From: Dehalococcoidia bacterium
GTDB taxonomy: Bacteria > Chloroflexota > Dehalococcoidia > Bin125
Length of the DNA: 64,000 nt
Assembly (NCBI GenBank): GCA_963662615.2
Contig: CAXXSR010000002.1
Coordinates: 192,001-256,000 of the forward strand
Direction: 5' to 3'
Positions 36,075 through 44,422 of the stretch are shown here, one piece after another; within the stretch, counting starts at the first letter, position 1, and every line of letters begins with the position of its first letter. The notes beneath the pieces are model-generated. The model was not told the origin of the DNA. It saw nothing but the letters and a program-made list of their open reading frames with translations, and did no database searches. The translations under genes and the position numbers were made by a program.

Positions 36075-36756
36075 TCCAGCCTGGTTGGACGGGGCCGTTG
36101 AGCTGACGGTGGGTCAGCGGGTCACGCTGGAGCCGCTGAGCGGGCCGGCGGCCGGCTCCATCTATAGCAGCCGCATAGAGCGGGTGAGTGAGCGCGAGCT
36201 GTATGTGCTATCGCCGATGGCACGGCTTGAGGTGATCTCGGTCCCGCTGGGAACGCCTGTCCGCCTGGGTGTGCGACTAGACACGCGCTACTTCGGCGCC
36301 AATGTCACCGTGCTGGAGCATGTGTTCCATCCGGAGTTCTTGCTGGGGCTGACTCACCCGGATGTGCTGCAACGTCGCAACCAACGGGCGTTCTACCGCC
36401 TTCCGGCCATTATCCAGCCACGGAGCGCCGCCGTGGTGAACGACGACGGGGCGAGGGAGCAGCCGTTGCGCGCCACCATTGTCAATGTCAGCGGCGGGGG
36501 GGTGGAGCTGGTTGCGCCCGAGCCGGCTCGGAGCGGGCAGTTGGTGACCATTCTGTTCAACATTGAAGGGGTTCCGCTGCGGTCGCTGGCGCAGGTGGTG
36601 GCGGTGCAGGCACCGGGGGAGGGGCGGTTTAACCATCGGGTGCACTGCCAGTTTCTGAATCTGGACTGGCAAGTGCGCGAACGGATCATTCGCTACATCT
36701 TCCGACAGCAGTTGGAGCTGCTGCGTCGTGGGGTGGGGGGAGAGGCTGCAGCGTGA
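36055..36756 (+). CDS. PilZ-domain flagellar brake (YcgR/DgrA-like)
   Basis: RAFYR (RxxxR) and NVSGGG (N/DxSxxG) c-di-GMP-binding motifs. Confidence 0.88.
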   Translation: MNQSPADPAWLDGAVELTVGQRVTLEPLSGPAAGSIYSSRIERVSERELYVLSPMARLEVISVPLGTPVRLGVRLDTRYFGANVTVLEHVFHPEFLLGLTHPDVLQRRNQRAFYRLPAIIQPRSAAVVNDDGAREQPLRATIVNVSGGGVELVAPEPARSGQLVTILFNIEGVPLRSLAQVVAVQAPGEGRFNHRVHCQFLNLDWQVRERIIRYIFRQQLELLRRGVGGEAAA

Positions 36757-37097
36757 GCTCGAGCGCAAGCGTCCTACTGGTGGCGGTGTGGTTGAGCGCC
36801 TTCGCCGGAGTGGCGATTGGGGCCGTGTCGCTGTGGGCGGGGACGGCGCCGGAATGGGCGGTGCTGCGCGCGGTGGGCGGATTCGCGGCCTTCATGGTGC
36901 TGGGGCTGGTGGCGGAGGCGACGACGCGGCACGGGCTGGCCGCCGCGCCGCCGGGCGGATCGGGTGGTGGTGGCGGAGCCACGGTGGAGGGATCCGGGCG
37001 CGCCGGTGGGGACGTGGGTGCGGATCAAGTGGAGGCGCTGGAAGCAGAAGTGTTAAGCGTCGCGGACGCTGAGGAGAGGTCTGATGGGCGCGTCTGA
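36753..37097 (+). CDS. Hypothetical two-TM membrane protein
   Basis: Overlaps both neighbours; two hydrophobic segments. Confidence 0.6.
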   Translation: MSSSASVLLVAVWLSAFAGVAIGAVSLWAGTAPEWAVLRAVGGFAAFMVLGLVAEATTRHGLAAAPPGGSGGGGGATVEGSGRAGGDVGADQVEALEAEVLSVADAEERSDGRV

Positions 37098-37878
37098 GGT
37101 CGGACGAGGGCGGCTGTCGGCGATTGAGATCCAAGCGCGTTGGGAGCAGTTCGTGGAGGCGCCCACGGCGGAGCTGCGGGAATCGCTCATTCTGCAGTAC
37201 GCGCCGCTGGTGAAGTACGTGATGGGGCGGCTGGCGATCGGGCTGCCGGCGATCATGGACTATGAAGATGTCCTGTCGGACGGGACGATCGGCTTGATTG
37301 AAGCGGTGGAGCGTTTCGACCCCGCCAAAGGGGTGAAATTTGAGACGTACGCGATCAGCCGGATCCGCGGGTCGATCATTGACTCGCTGCGGAAGGCGGA
37401 CCGGCTGCCGCGCTCGGCGCGGCAGAACATGCGCCGGGTGCAGGAGGCGATGCAGGCGCTGCGCGAGCGTTTGGAGCGCGAGCCGGAAGACGTGGAAGTC
37501 GCCAGGGTGCTGGGGCTCACGCTGGATCGCTATTACACGATCCTGACCGATGCATCCTGGGTCACCGTGAGCCTGGACAGCATTCTGAGCGCCAGCGCGG
37601 AAGGTGAGGGGTATCCCGCGGCGGAAATGCCGAAGGACCCTGATGCCCAGGATGTGAGTCGCCCGGTAGAACAGAAAGAGACGATCACCGCACTGACGGA
37701 ATCGATCCGAGAGTTGCCGGAGCGGGAGCAGCTGGTGGTGGCGCTTTACTACCAGGACGAGTTGACGCAGCGCGAGATTGCGAAGGTGCTGAGCATCTCG
37801 GAGTCGCGCGTGTGCCAGTTGCACGCCAGGGCGATCCAGCGGCTGCGGACGGCAATGCTGGACCGGCAAGCGGCGTAG
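37084..37878 (+). CDS. fliA: Flagellar sigma factor sigma28 (FliA/SigD/WhiG)
   Basis: YAPLVK, GLIEAVERFDPAKGVKFETYA, ISESRVCQLH. Confidence 0.95.
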   Translation: MGASEVGRGRLSAIEIQARWEQFVEAPTAELRESLILQYAPLVKYVMGRLAIGLPAIMDYEDVLSDGTIGLIEAVERFDPAKGVKFETYAISRIRGSIIDSLRKADRLPRSARQNMRRVQEAMQALRERLEREPEDVEVARVLGLTLDRYYTILTDASWVTVSLDSILSASAEGEGYPAAEMPKDPDAQDVSRPVEQKETITALTESIRELPEREQLVVALYYQDELTQREIAKVLSISESRVCQLHARAIQRLRTAMLDRQAA

Positions 37879-37889
37879 GGGAGCTGCCT

Positions 37890-38381
37890 ATGACTGCCCT
37901 GCTGCTGGCCCTGCACGTCCTGACGGCCGCCGGCCTGATCTATCTCTACTGGCGCATGCGGCGGCGGCCCGCGAGCGGGTACGGCTCCGAGGAGGAGGCG
38001 CAGGCCGAGGCGTTTTTGGCGAACACGGTAGAGCGGCTCCTGCACGATCTGCAGGAGTCGGCGCAGCGCGCCACGGCCGGCCTCAGCCAGCAAACGGAAG
38101 CGCTGGAGGCGCTGATGTCGGAGGCCGAGACTCGCGTTGTGCGGCCGCCCGAGCGAGGCGCAGAGGCGGGCGGCGCGGAGGCGCCGTTGAGGCGGACGGG
38201 TGGCGCGGAGGCGCCGTTGAGGCGGACGGGTGGCGGCGCCTTGCTACGGGCGGCCTGGACGTTGGACGCTCTCGATCTCGCCCGGCAGGGGTTGCCACCG
38301 TTGCAGATTGCCCGGCGCGTGGGTCGGGGGGAGACCGAGGTGCAGTTGGTGCTTACCAGCGCGAAGGGTGGCGGCCCGTGA
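37890..38381 (+). CDS. Membrane-anchored coiled-coil protein with C-terminal HTH-like motif
   Basis: N-terminal TM; LARQGLPPLQIARRVGRGETEVQLVL resembles the uncharacterised genes often found after sigD; ATG 37890. Confidence 0.7.
   Translation: MTALLLALHVLTAAGLIYLYWRMRRRPASGYGSEEEAQAEAFLANTVERLLHDLQESAQRATAGLSQQTEALEALMSEAETRVVRPPERGAEAGGAEAPLRRTGGAEAPLRRTGGGALLRAAWTLDALDLARQGLPPLQIARRVGRGETEVQLVLTSAKGGGP
38172..38231 (+). repeat. Perfect 30-bp in-frame tandem duplication
   Basis: ggcgcggaggcgccgttgaggcggacgggt x2 (GAEAPLRRTG). Confidence 0.85.
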
Positions 38382-39136
38382 TGAGGGCGCTGCGCGGGCT
38401 GATGGGACGGTTCCTGCTTCCCGTCGCGGTGGGCGGAGGGCTTTTGGCGCTTGTGGCGCAGCCCGCTCACGCCAACGGGGTGCCGCAGCTGGTGAAGCTG
38501 ACGTACCTGGAGGATCTCTCCAGCTGGGGGCCGAAGGATGCGGAGGGCGTGCTGGAGTTCTCCTTCGCGGAGGGGTTCCTTTCGCTTGAAGCCGTGGGCC
38601 TGCCGCGTCTGGTGGGGCAAGCGTACGAGGGGTGGCTGGTGCGATCAGCGACGAACGAGGCCATCAGCGTGGGCCAGTTCAACGCCGGCAGCGACAACCA
38701 AGCGTCGTATGACGTGCGTCTGCCGCGGATTAGCGACTATTCCCTGGACCTGTTCATTGTCACGGTGGAATCGCTGTCGGATCCGAGCGAGGGGCCGAGC
38801 GAGCAGCGGTCGATCGGTGGGTTCTTTTCAGTGCTGGACCCGGTTGCGGAGGAGAGCCAGCACAGTGAGACCGGCGAGTTGAGCGATCAAGACAGGAGCG
38901 CCACGGCGCCAGACGCCGAGGGGAGCGATGCGGGGACGCAGAGCAGCGCCGCGGGAGATCCGAGCGGCGACGCGGGGGCTCAGAGCGGCGCCGACGCGCC
39001 CACTCGCCTCCCGGAGACGGGCGACGCGGAGAGCTTCATTAGCAGCGTGCGTGGGCTAGCGCTGATCGTCGCGGGCGGGGTGGCCCTGTTGTGGGCCACC
39101 GTGCGCACGCGCAAGCGGTTGCGGAAGGGCGGCTGA
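38378..39136 (+). CDS. Secreted LPXTG-anchored protein with an RskA-C-like beta domain
   Basis: Signal peptide ending AHA; YEGWLV...SVGQF...FIVTVE; acidic linker; LPETG + TM + RTRKRLRK. Confidence 0.75.
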   Translation: MMRALRGLMGRFLLPVAVGGGLLALVAQPAHANGVPQLVKLTYLEDLSSWGPKDAEGVLEFSFAEGFLSLEAVGLPRLVGQAYEGWLVRSATNEAISVGQFNAGSDNQASYDVRLPRISDYSLDLFIVTVESLSDPSEGPSEQRSIGGFFSVLDPVAEESQHSETGELSDQDRSATAPDAEGSDAGTQSSAAGDPSGDAGAQSGADAPTRLPETGDAESFISSVRGLALIVAGGVALLWATVRTRKRLRKGG

Positions 39137-39867
39137 TGGGCCGGGGCCTCTACACCGCGGCGTCGGCCATGCTGGCCGGTCTGGAACGGCAACTGAGCCT
39201 GGCCAACATGGTGGCGAACGTGAACACGCCCGGGTTCAAGGGTGATCAGACGACGACGCGCTCGTTTCCGAGCGTGCTGGCCATGGCGGGGGGCGGCGGC
39301 GCGGCGCGGTTGGGCAGCGGCGTGCTCATGGAGCACGTGGGGGTGGACCTGCGACCGGGTCCGCTGCAGGCGACCGGCTCGCCCTGGGACATGGGTCTGG
39401 AGGGGGCCGGGTTCTTTGTCGTGGAGGACGCGAACGGCGGCCTGCGGCTCACACGCGACGGCCATCTGGTGACGGATACGGAGGGGTTCCTGGCGACGAC
39501 GTCCGGGCACCGGCTGCTGTCTCAGGAGAATGCCCCGCTGCAAGTGGGCAACGCGACGGCGGAGATCGGGCGCGACGGAGCGGTGTTCGTGGAGGGCGAG
39601 CGCATTGGCACGATCCGCGTGGTGACGGCGCCGGCTGACGGGTTGCTGCGCGCGGGCGGTTCGTCCTTTGTGGTCGTGGACGCGGGAGCACTGGAGCCGG
39701 CGACGCCGGAGGTGGTGCAAGGCAGCCTGGAAGGATCGAACGTCAACACGACACAGGCGCTCACGGCGATGGTGAGCGTGGCGCGGGCCTACGAGAGCGC
39801 GCAGCGGATCTTCACGATGCAGAATCAGATCCTCGCACGCACCGTCTCCGAGGTCGGGCGGGTCTAG
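39136..39867 (+). CDS. flgF: Flagellar basal-body rod protein FlgF
   Basis: LANMVANVNTPGFK, LTRDGH, LEGSNVN; ATG 39136. Confidence 0.85.
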   Translation: MGRGLYTAASAMLAGLERQLSLANMVANVNTPGFKGDQTTTRSFPSVLAMAGGGGAARLGSGVLMEHVGVDLRPGPLQATGSPWDMGLEGAGFFVVEDANGGLRLTRDGHLVTDTEGFLATTSGHRLLSQENAPLQVGNATAEIGRDGAVFVEGERIGTIRVVTAPADGLLRAGGSSFVVVDAGALEPATPEVVQGSLEGSNVNTTQALTAMVSVARAYESAQRIFTMQNQILARTVSEVGRV

Positions 39868-39878
39868 GAGGGCACGTC

Positions 39879-40652
39879 ATGAGCCAAGGGATGGAGGCGG
39901 CGCGCACGGGCATGTTGCAGCACGAACGCAACCTGGAGGTCATTGCCAACAACTTGGCCAACGTCAACACGGTGGGGTACAAGCGGCTGGCGGTGCACTT
40001 CCGGGATTTGCTGAGCACCCAGAAGGCGCTGGACGTGCTGTTCGCGGGCGCGGATCGTTCGCCCAGTGCGGGCGTGGAGCTGGACGCGACGCCGCGCATC
40101 TTCGATCCGGGCGCGCTTTTCACCAGCGGGGACCCTCTGTCAATGGCCATTGTGGGGGACGGCTTTTTCCCCGTGCGCCTGGATGCGACGACGGTGGCCT
40201 ACACCCGCGACGGCACCTTTTCCCACGACGTGGAGGGCTTTCTGGTGACGACGGACGGCTACCGCCTGGAGCCGCCCACGCAGATTCTGGGCGCCGTGGC
40301 GGAGCTGTATGTGACGCCCGAGGGCGTGGTGCGGAGGCGCGGTCTCGTGGATGACGCCCTCGAGGATGTTGGGCAGCTCCAGCTGGCGCTCTTCGCGGAC
40401 CAGGCGCGGCTTCAGTCCGCAGGGAAGAACTTGTTCGTGGCCACGGCGGAATCTGGCGAAGCGCAGCTGGCGGACCCGGGCACGGGCGCGGCGGGGCACA
40501 TTGTGGCGGGCATGCTGGAGACGTCGAACGTGAACATGGCCACTGAGCTGAGCAACCTGATCGTGGCGCAGCGCGCCTACCAATTCAATCTGGTGGCGTT
40601 CCAAACCGCCAACGAGATGTTGCAACAGCTCAACGAGGCGACGAGGACGTAA
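39879..40652 (+). CDS. flgG: Flagellar distal rod protein FlgG
   Basis: IANNLANVNTVGYK, YTRDG, LETSNVN...LIVAQRAY. Confidence 0.9.
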   Translation: MSQGMEAARTGMLQHERNLEVIANNLANVNTVGYKRLAVHFRDLLSTQKALDVLFAGADRSPSAGVELDATPRIFDPGALFTSGDPLSMAIVGDGFFPVRLDATTVAYTRDGTFSHDVEGFLVTTDGYRLEPPTQILGAVAELYVTPEGVVRRRGLVDDALEDVGQLQLALFADQARLQSAGKNLFVATAESGEAQLADPGTGAAGHIVAGMLETSNVNMATELSNLIVAQRAYQFNLVAFQTANEMLQQLNEATRT

Positions 40653-40663
40653 GGGGGACCTGC

Positions 40664-40987
40664 ATGGCTATCTCCGGCGATCTCACCCCGGTGGTTCGTG
40701 ATGTGGCGTTGGGCGCCGCGGGCGCACGTCGCAGCGACGCGGCGGGCGGCGAGTCCCAGCGGGCCGAGTCCGCAGCGGGGACGGACGGCGCGGGGCGCGA
40801 CGACAGCGTGGAGGTTTCCGAATACGCGCGGTTGCTGGGCAAGCTGGCCGATCCGGTCCGAACGGCGCCGGAAGAGCGGGCACAACTGATTGCGCGGCTG
40901 CGAGCGTCGATCGACACGGGCACGTACAACGTCGACGCGCGCAAGGTCGCGGAGCGGCTGCTGCCGGGCCTGGAGCGCCTGCCATGA
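40664..40987 (+). CDS. flgM: Anti-sigma28 factor FlgM
   Basis: DSVEVS...LRASIDTGTYNVDARKVAERLL; flgM-flgN-flgK-flgL order. Confidence 0.88.
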   Translation: MAISGDLTPVVRDVALGAAGARRSDAAGGESQRAESAAGTDGAGRDDSVEVSEYARLLGKLADPVRTAPEERAQLIARLRASIDTGTYNVDARKVAERLLPGLERLP

Positions 40988-41502
40988 CGCGTGCCGCGCT
41001 GCCGACTTCATTCGAGACGGGCGCTCTGGTGCGAAACCTGGAAGGGCAGGCGGAGGGGTATCGGCGCTTGGCGACGCTGGGACAGCGCGAATTCGAGGGG
41101 CTGCTGGGCGGCCGCTCGGAGGACCTGAGCGTCCTGCTCGCTGAGCAAGAGGCGACGATCCAGCAGCTGCAAGAGCTGGAGCGCGAGCGGCTCACGTTGC
41201 TGGGGCCGGTGGCGGAGGCGTGGCAAGCGCCGGCGGCCGAGATCCGGCTGAGCGCGCTGGAGCCGCTGGTGCCGACAGCGGGGGCGGCGCGTCTGCGCGC
41301 GCTGCGGACCGAGCTGTCCGACGTTGTGGCCGCGTTGGGGGAGCTGAACGGCCGCAACCGCCGGCTGTTGATCAGCGCGGCGCACATTTTGGAGCGGTGG
41401 CGCGGCTACATGACCGCGAGCATGCTGCCCTCGTCGATCTACTCGGCTAAGGGCGATCTCACGGGTCCCAGCGGGCCGCGGGCGCTGGACCAGGCGGCTT
41501 AG
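40984..41502 (+). CDS. flgN: Flagellar chaperone FlgN
   Basis: LQELERER, LNGRNRRLL, terminal YSAKG; synteny. Confidence 0.85.
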   Translation: MTRAALPTSFETGALVRNLEGQAEGYRRLATLGQREFEGLLGGRSEDLSVLLAEQEATIQQLQELERERLTLLGPVAEAWQAPAAEIRLSALEPLVPTAGAARLRALRTELSDVVAALGELNGRNRRLLISAAHILERWRGYMTASMLPSSIYSAKGDLTGPSGPRALDQAA

Positions 41503-41511
41503 GAGCGCGCA

Positions 41512-42918
41512 GTGGGCCTCTCCGTCAGCCTTGATATCGCCACGCGAGCGCTGCAGGTGCAGCAGCTGGGCGTGGATGTGACGGCGCACAACATTGCCAA
41601 CGCGAACACGCAGGGCTATTCGCGCCAGGCGGTCCATTTCACCGCCGAGGTGCTGGCGGCGTCCGGCGCGGGCGGCGGGAGCACCCTGCTGGGCGAGTCG
41701 GGCAGGGGCGTCAACGCGTCGGAGATCCGCCGCTTCCGCGATCAGTTCGTGGACTTCCAGATCCGGGACGTGTTGCAGTTGCTGGGGCGCTACGGCGCGG
41801 AGTCGCAGGCGCTGGCCCAGGCAGAGGTGATTGTGAATGAGCCCACGGAGAGTGGGCTGGGGAGTCTGCTGGCGAATTTCTGGAACAGCTGGCGAGATCT
41901 GAGCAACGCGCCGGAGTCGGCGGCAGCGCGGGCCAACGTGGTAGCGGAGTCCGGGATGCTGGTGACGGCGATCGGCCGCAGACACGACCAGCTGCGGGCG
42001 CTCCAGAGCGATTTGGACACGGAAGTCCAAACAATAGTGGCGCAGATCAACACGCTGGGTGCACAGATTGTGGATCTGAATGCGCAGATCGTGCGGATGT
42101 CGGCCGGGGGCGACAATGCGGGGGATCTGTTGGACCTGCGGGACCTGCGGCTGGACGACCTCTCGCAGTTGGTCAACGTGACTGTGACGACCCGGGAGAA
42201 CGGCGCCATCTCCGTCTTGGTGGGCGGACGGGAGCTGGTGGCGGGCAGCCAGGTCTACGGTCTGACCACCACGCCAGAGCCGGGCAACCTGGGCTACCAC
42301 GCGGTGCGCTGGGGCGCGGACAACGTGCTGACGGATGTGACCTCCGGTAAGCTGTTCGGCCTGCTGCAGGCCCGAGACGTGAGCTTGGTCAAGCCGATCA
42401 ATGATCTCAATACGCTGACGGCGGCGCTCATCACGCAGGTCAACGCCGTGCATCAGACCGGGTTTGGGTTGGACAACACAACGGCCACGGACTTCTTCAG
42501 CGGGACCGACGCGGCCGACATTGCCGTGAACCCGACGCTGGTCGCGGACGCCAACAAGATTGCGGCGGCGAGCGGCGCCAGCCTGCCCGGCGATGCCAGC
42601 AGCGCGCTGGCCATTGCCGACCTGCAGCAGGCGTTGACGATGAATGGGGGGACGGGCACGTTTGAGGATTTCTACAACTCGGCCGTGGGCCGGTTGGGGG
42701 TGAGCATCCAGGAGGCGCGAAGCCTGGCGCAGAACCAGGAGTTCCTGCGCGCCCATTTGCAGACGCTGCGGGAGTCGGTGGCGTGCGTGAACCTGGATGA
42801 GGAGATGACGAACCTGATCAAGTTTCAACGGGCGTTTGAGGCGGCGGCGCGGCTGATCAGCGTGGTGGACTCCATGCTGGAGACGTTGATCAACCGGGTG
42901 GGCTTGGGCGGACGGTAA
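41512..42918 (+). CDS. flgK: Hook-associated protein FlgK
   Basis: TAHNIANANTQGYSRQ, VNLDEEMTNLIKFQRAFEAAA. Confidence 0.95.
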   Translation: MGLSVSLDIATRALQVQQLGVDVTAHNIANANTQGYSRQAVHFTAEVLAASGAGGGSTLLGESGRGVNASEIRRFRDQFVDFQIRDVLQLLGRYGAESQALAQAEVIVNEPTESGLGSLLANFWNSWRDLSNAPESAAARANVVAESGMLVTAIGRRHDQLRALQSDLDTEVQTIVAQINTLGAQIVDLNAQIVRMSAGGDNAGDLLDLRDLRLDDLSQLVNVTVTTRENGAISVLVGGRELVAGSQVYGLTTTPEPGNLGYHAVRWGADNVLTDVTSGKLFGLLQARDVSLVKPINDLNTLTAALITQVNAVHQTGFGLDNTTATDFFSGTDAADIAVNPTLVADANKIAAASGASLPGDASSALAIADLQQALTMNGGTGTFEDFYNSAVGRLGVSIQEARSLAQNQEFLRAHLQTLRESVACVNLDEEMTNLIKFQRAFEAAARLISVVDSMLETLINRVGLGGR

Positions 42919-42924
42919 GCGGCG

Positions 42925-43812
42925 ATGCGGATCACCTACCGCACCACGATTGACCGGGCGCTGGCCGATCTAGGCCGGGGGCAGGAGCGCGTGGCCGATC
43001 TGCAGCAGCGGCTGGCGACGGGCAAGCGGATCAACAAACCCTCAGACGATCCGGCTGGGATCACGCGCGCGCTCTCCATCCGAACGGACTTGAAGCTGAC
43101 CACGCAGTATATGCGCAATATTGACTCCGGGATTGCGCGGGTGAACGCGACGGAGGCGGGACTGGCAACGGTGACCGAGCTCCTGCAGCGGGCCCGGGAG
43201 CTGGCGATTCTTGGCGGCAATGAGACGAATGACCAGGACCAGCGGAACAACATTGCGGCGGAGGTGAGCGGGCTGCTGGATGAGGCGATCGCCGTGAGCA
43301 ACAGCCGGTTCGCCGGGCAGTACATCTTCGGCGGCCACCTCAGCACGGTCGCGCCGTTCAGCCCCGTGGGGGTGCCGACCACGTCCGTGACCTACAACGG
43401 CGACAGCGGGGTGGTGGAACGGGACATCAGTGTGGGCGTGCGGGTGCAGATCAACGTGGCCGGCGATACGGCCCTGGGAACGACGTTCACGGCGTTGATC
43501 GCGCTGCGGGACGACCTCCTGAGCGGTGACACCGGCGCGGTTCGGACCGCCGATCTGCAGGCGCTGGACACCACGCTGGACGACGTGCTGAGCGTGCGGG
43601 GGCAGTTGGGCTCAACGGCGAACCGGCTGGATCTCACGCGGCAGCGGCTGGATCTATCCAGCTTGGCCTCCCAGGAGCAGTTGTCGGCGCTGGAAGACGC
43701 GGACATTGTGGAGACGATCGTGGATTTGAACGCGCAAGAGGCGGTCTACCAGGCGGCGCTGGCGACTGTGGCGCGCAGCATCCAGTCCACCCTGATCAAT
43801 TTCCTCAGATAG
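42925..43812 (+). CDS. flgL: Hook-associated protein FlgL
   Basis: ATGKRINKPSDDP, YIFGG, YQAALA...TLINFLR. Confidence 0.95.
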   Translation: MRITYRTTIDRALADLGRGQERVADLQQRLATGKRINKPSDDPAGITRALSIRTDLKLTTQYMRNIDSGIARVNATEAGLATVTELLQRARELAILGGNETNDQDQRNNIAAEVSGLLDEAIAVSNSRFAGQYIFGGHLSTVAPFSPVGVPTTSVTYNGDSGVVERDISVGVRVQINVAGDTALGTTFTALIALRDDLLSGDTGAVRTADLQALDTTLDDVLSVRGQLGSTANRLDLTRQRLDLSSLASQEQLSALEDADIVETIVDLNAQEAVYQAALATVARSIQSTLINFLR

Positions 43813-43822
43813 GAGGAGGAGC

Positions 43823-44335
43823 ATGCAGTTGCAGATCGTTCGGCAGGGCCAGCAGATGACCGTGGACGTCTCGGAGGCGGAGCGGATCCGCTTTCCGACG
43901 GGGATGATTGGCTTTGAGAAGGCGACGGAGTTCGCGCTCTTTCCGGACCCCGAAGGCGGCATCCAGTGGTTGCACGCCACGAACGAGGAGACGGTGGCGT
44001 TCGCCGTGCTCGATCCGTTTCTGATCTGGCCCGACTATGACGTGACGGTGCCGGACGCGGATGCGGAGGCGCTGGAACTGTCGCGGCCACAGGATGCGCA
44101 ACTTCTGGCGATCATCACGCCGCGGGAGGATCCGAGCCAGATCACGGCGAACTTGCGGGCGCCGATCGTGATTAACCGTCGGCTGCGCATTGGGCGGCAG
44201 ATCATCCTGGCAGACACGGGCTACCCCCTGCATGCGCCGATCCTGGAGGCGTTGACGATGGAGATGTCGGGGGCCGGTGCGGATGCCGCCGACGACGAGA
44301 TGGATCAAGAGGCGTCGGACCGGGCCGCCGCCTAG
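43823..44335 (+). CDS. fliW: Flagellar assembly factor FliW
   Basis: FPTGMIGFE, DPFLIWPDY, TANLRAPIVIN...GRQIIL. Confidence 0.92.
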   Translation: MQLQIVRQGQQMTVDVSEAERIRFPTGMIGFEKATEFALFPDPEGGIQWLHATNEETVAFAVLDPFLIWPDYDVTVPDADAEALELSRPQDAQLLAIITPREDPSQITANLRAPIVINRRLRIGRQIILADTGYPLHAPILEALTMEMSGAGADAADDEMDQEASDRAAA

Positions 44336-44422
44336 GACCACGACCAGGGAAGCACGGCGCCTTCCGCGGCCGACGCGGGGGGCTAGCCCGCGGCGGGCTG
44401 GCCGGCGCAGGGGAGGACGACC

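Noticed and set aside
38172-38231. 30-bp tandem duplication as CRISPR or a functional repeat
   Set aside because: Two abutting copies with no spacer, in frame within a low-complexity linker
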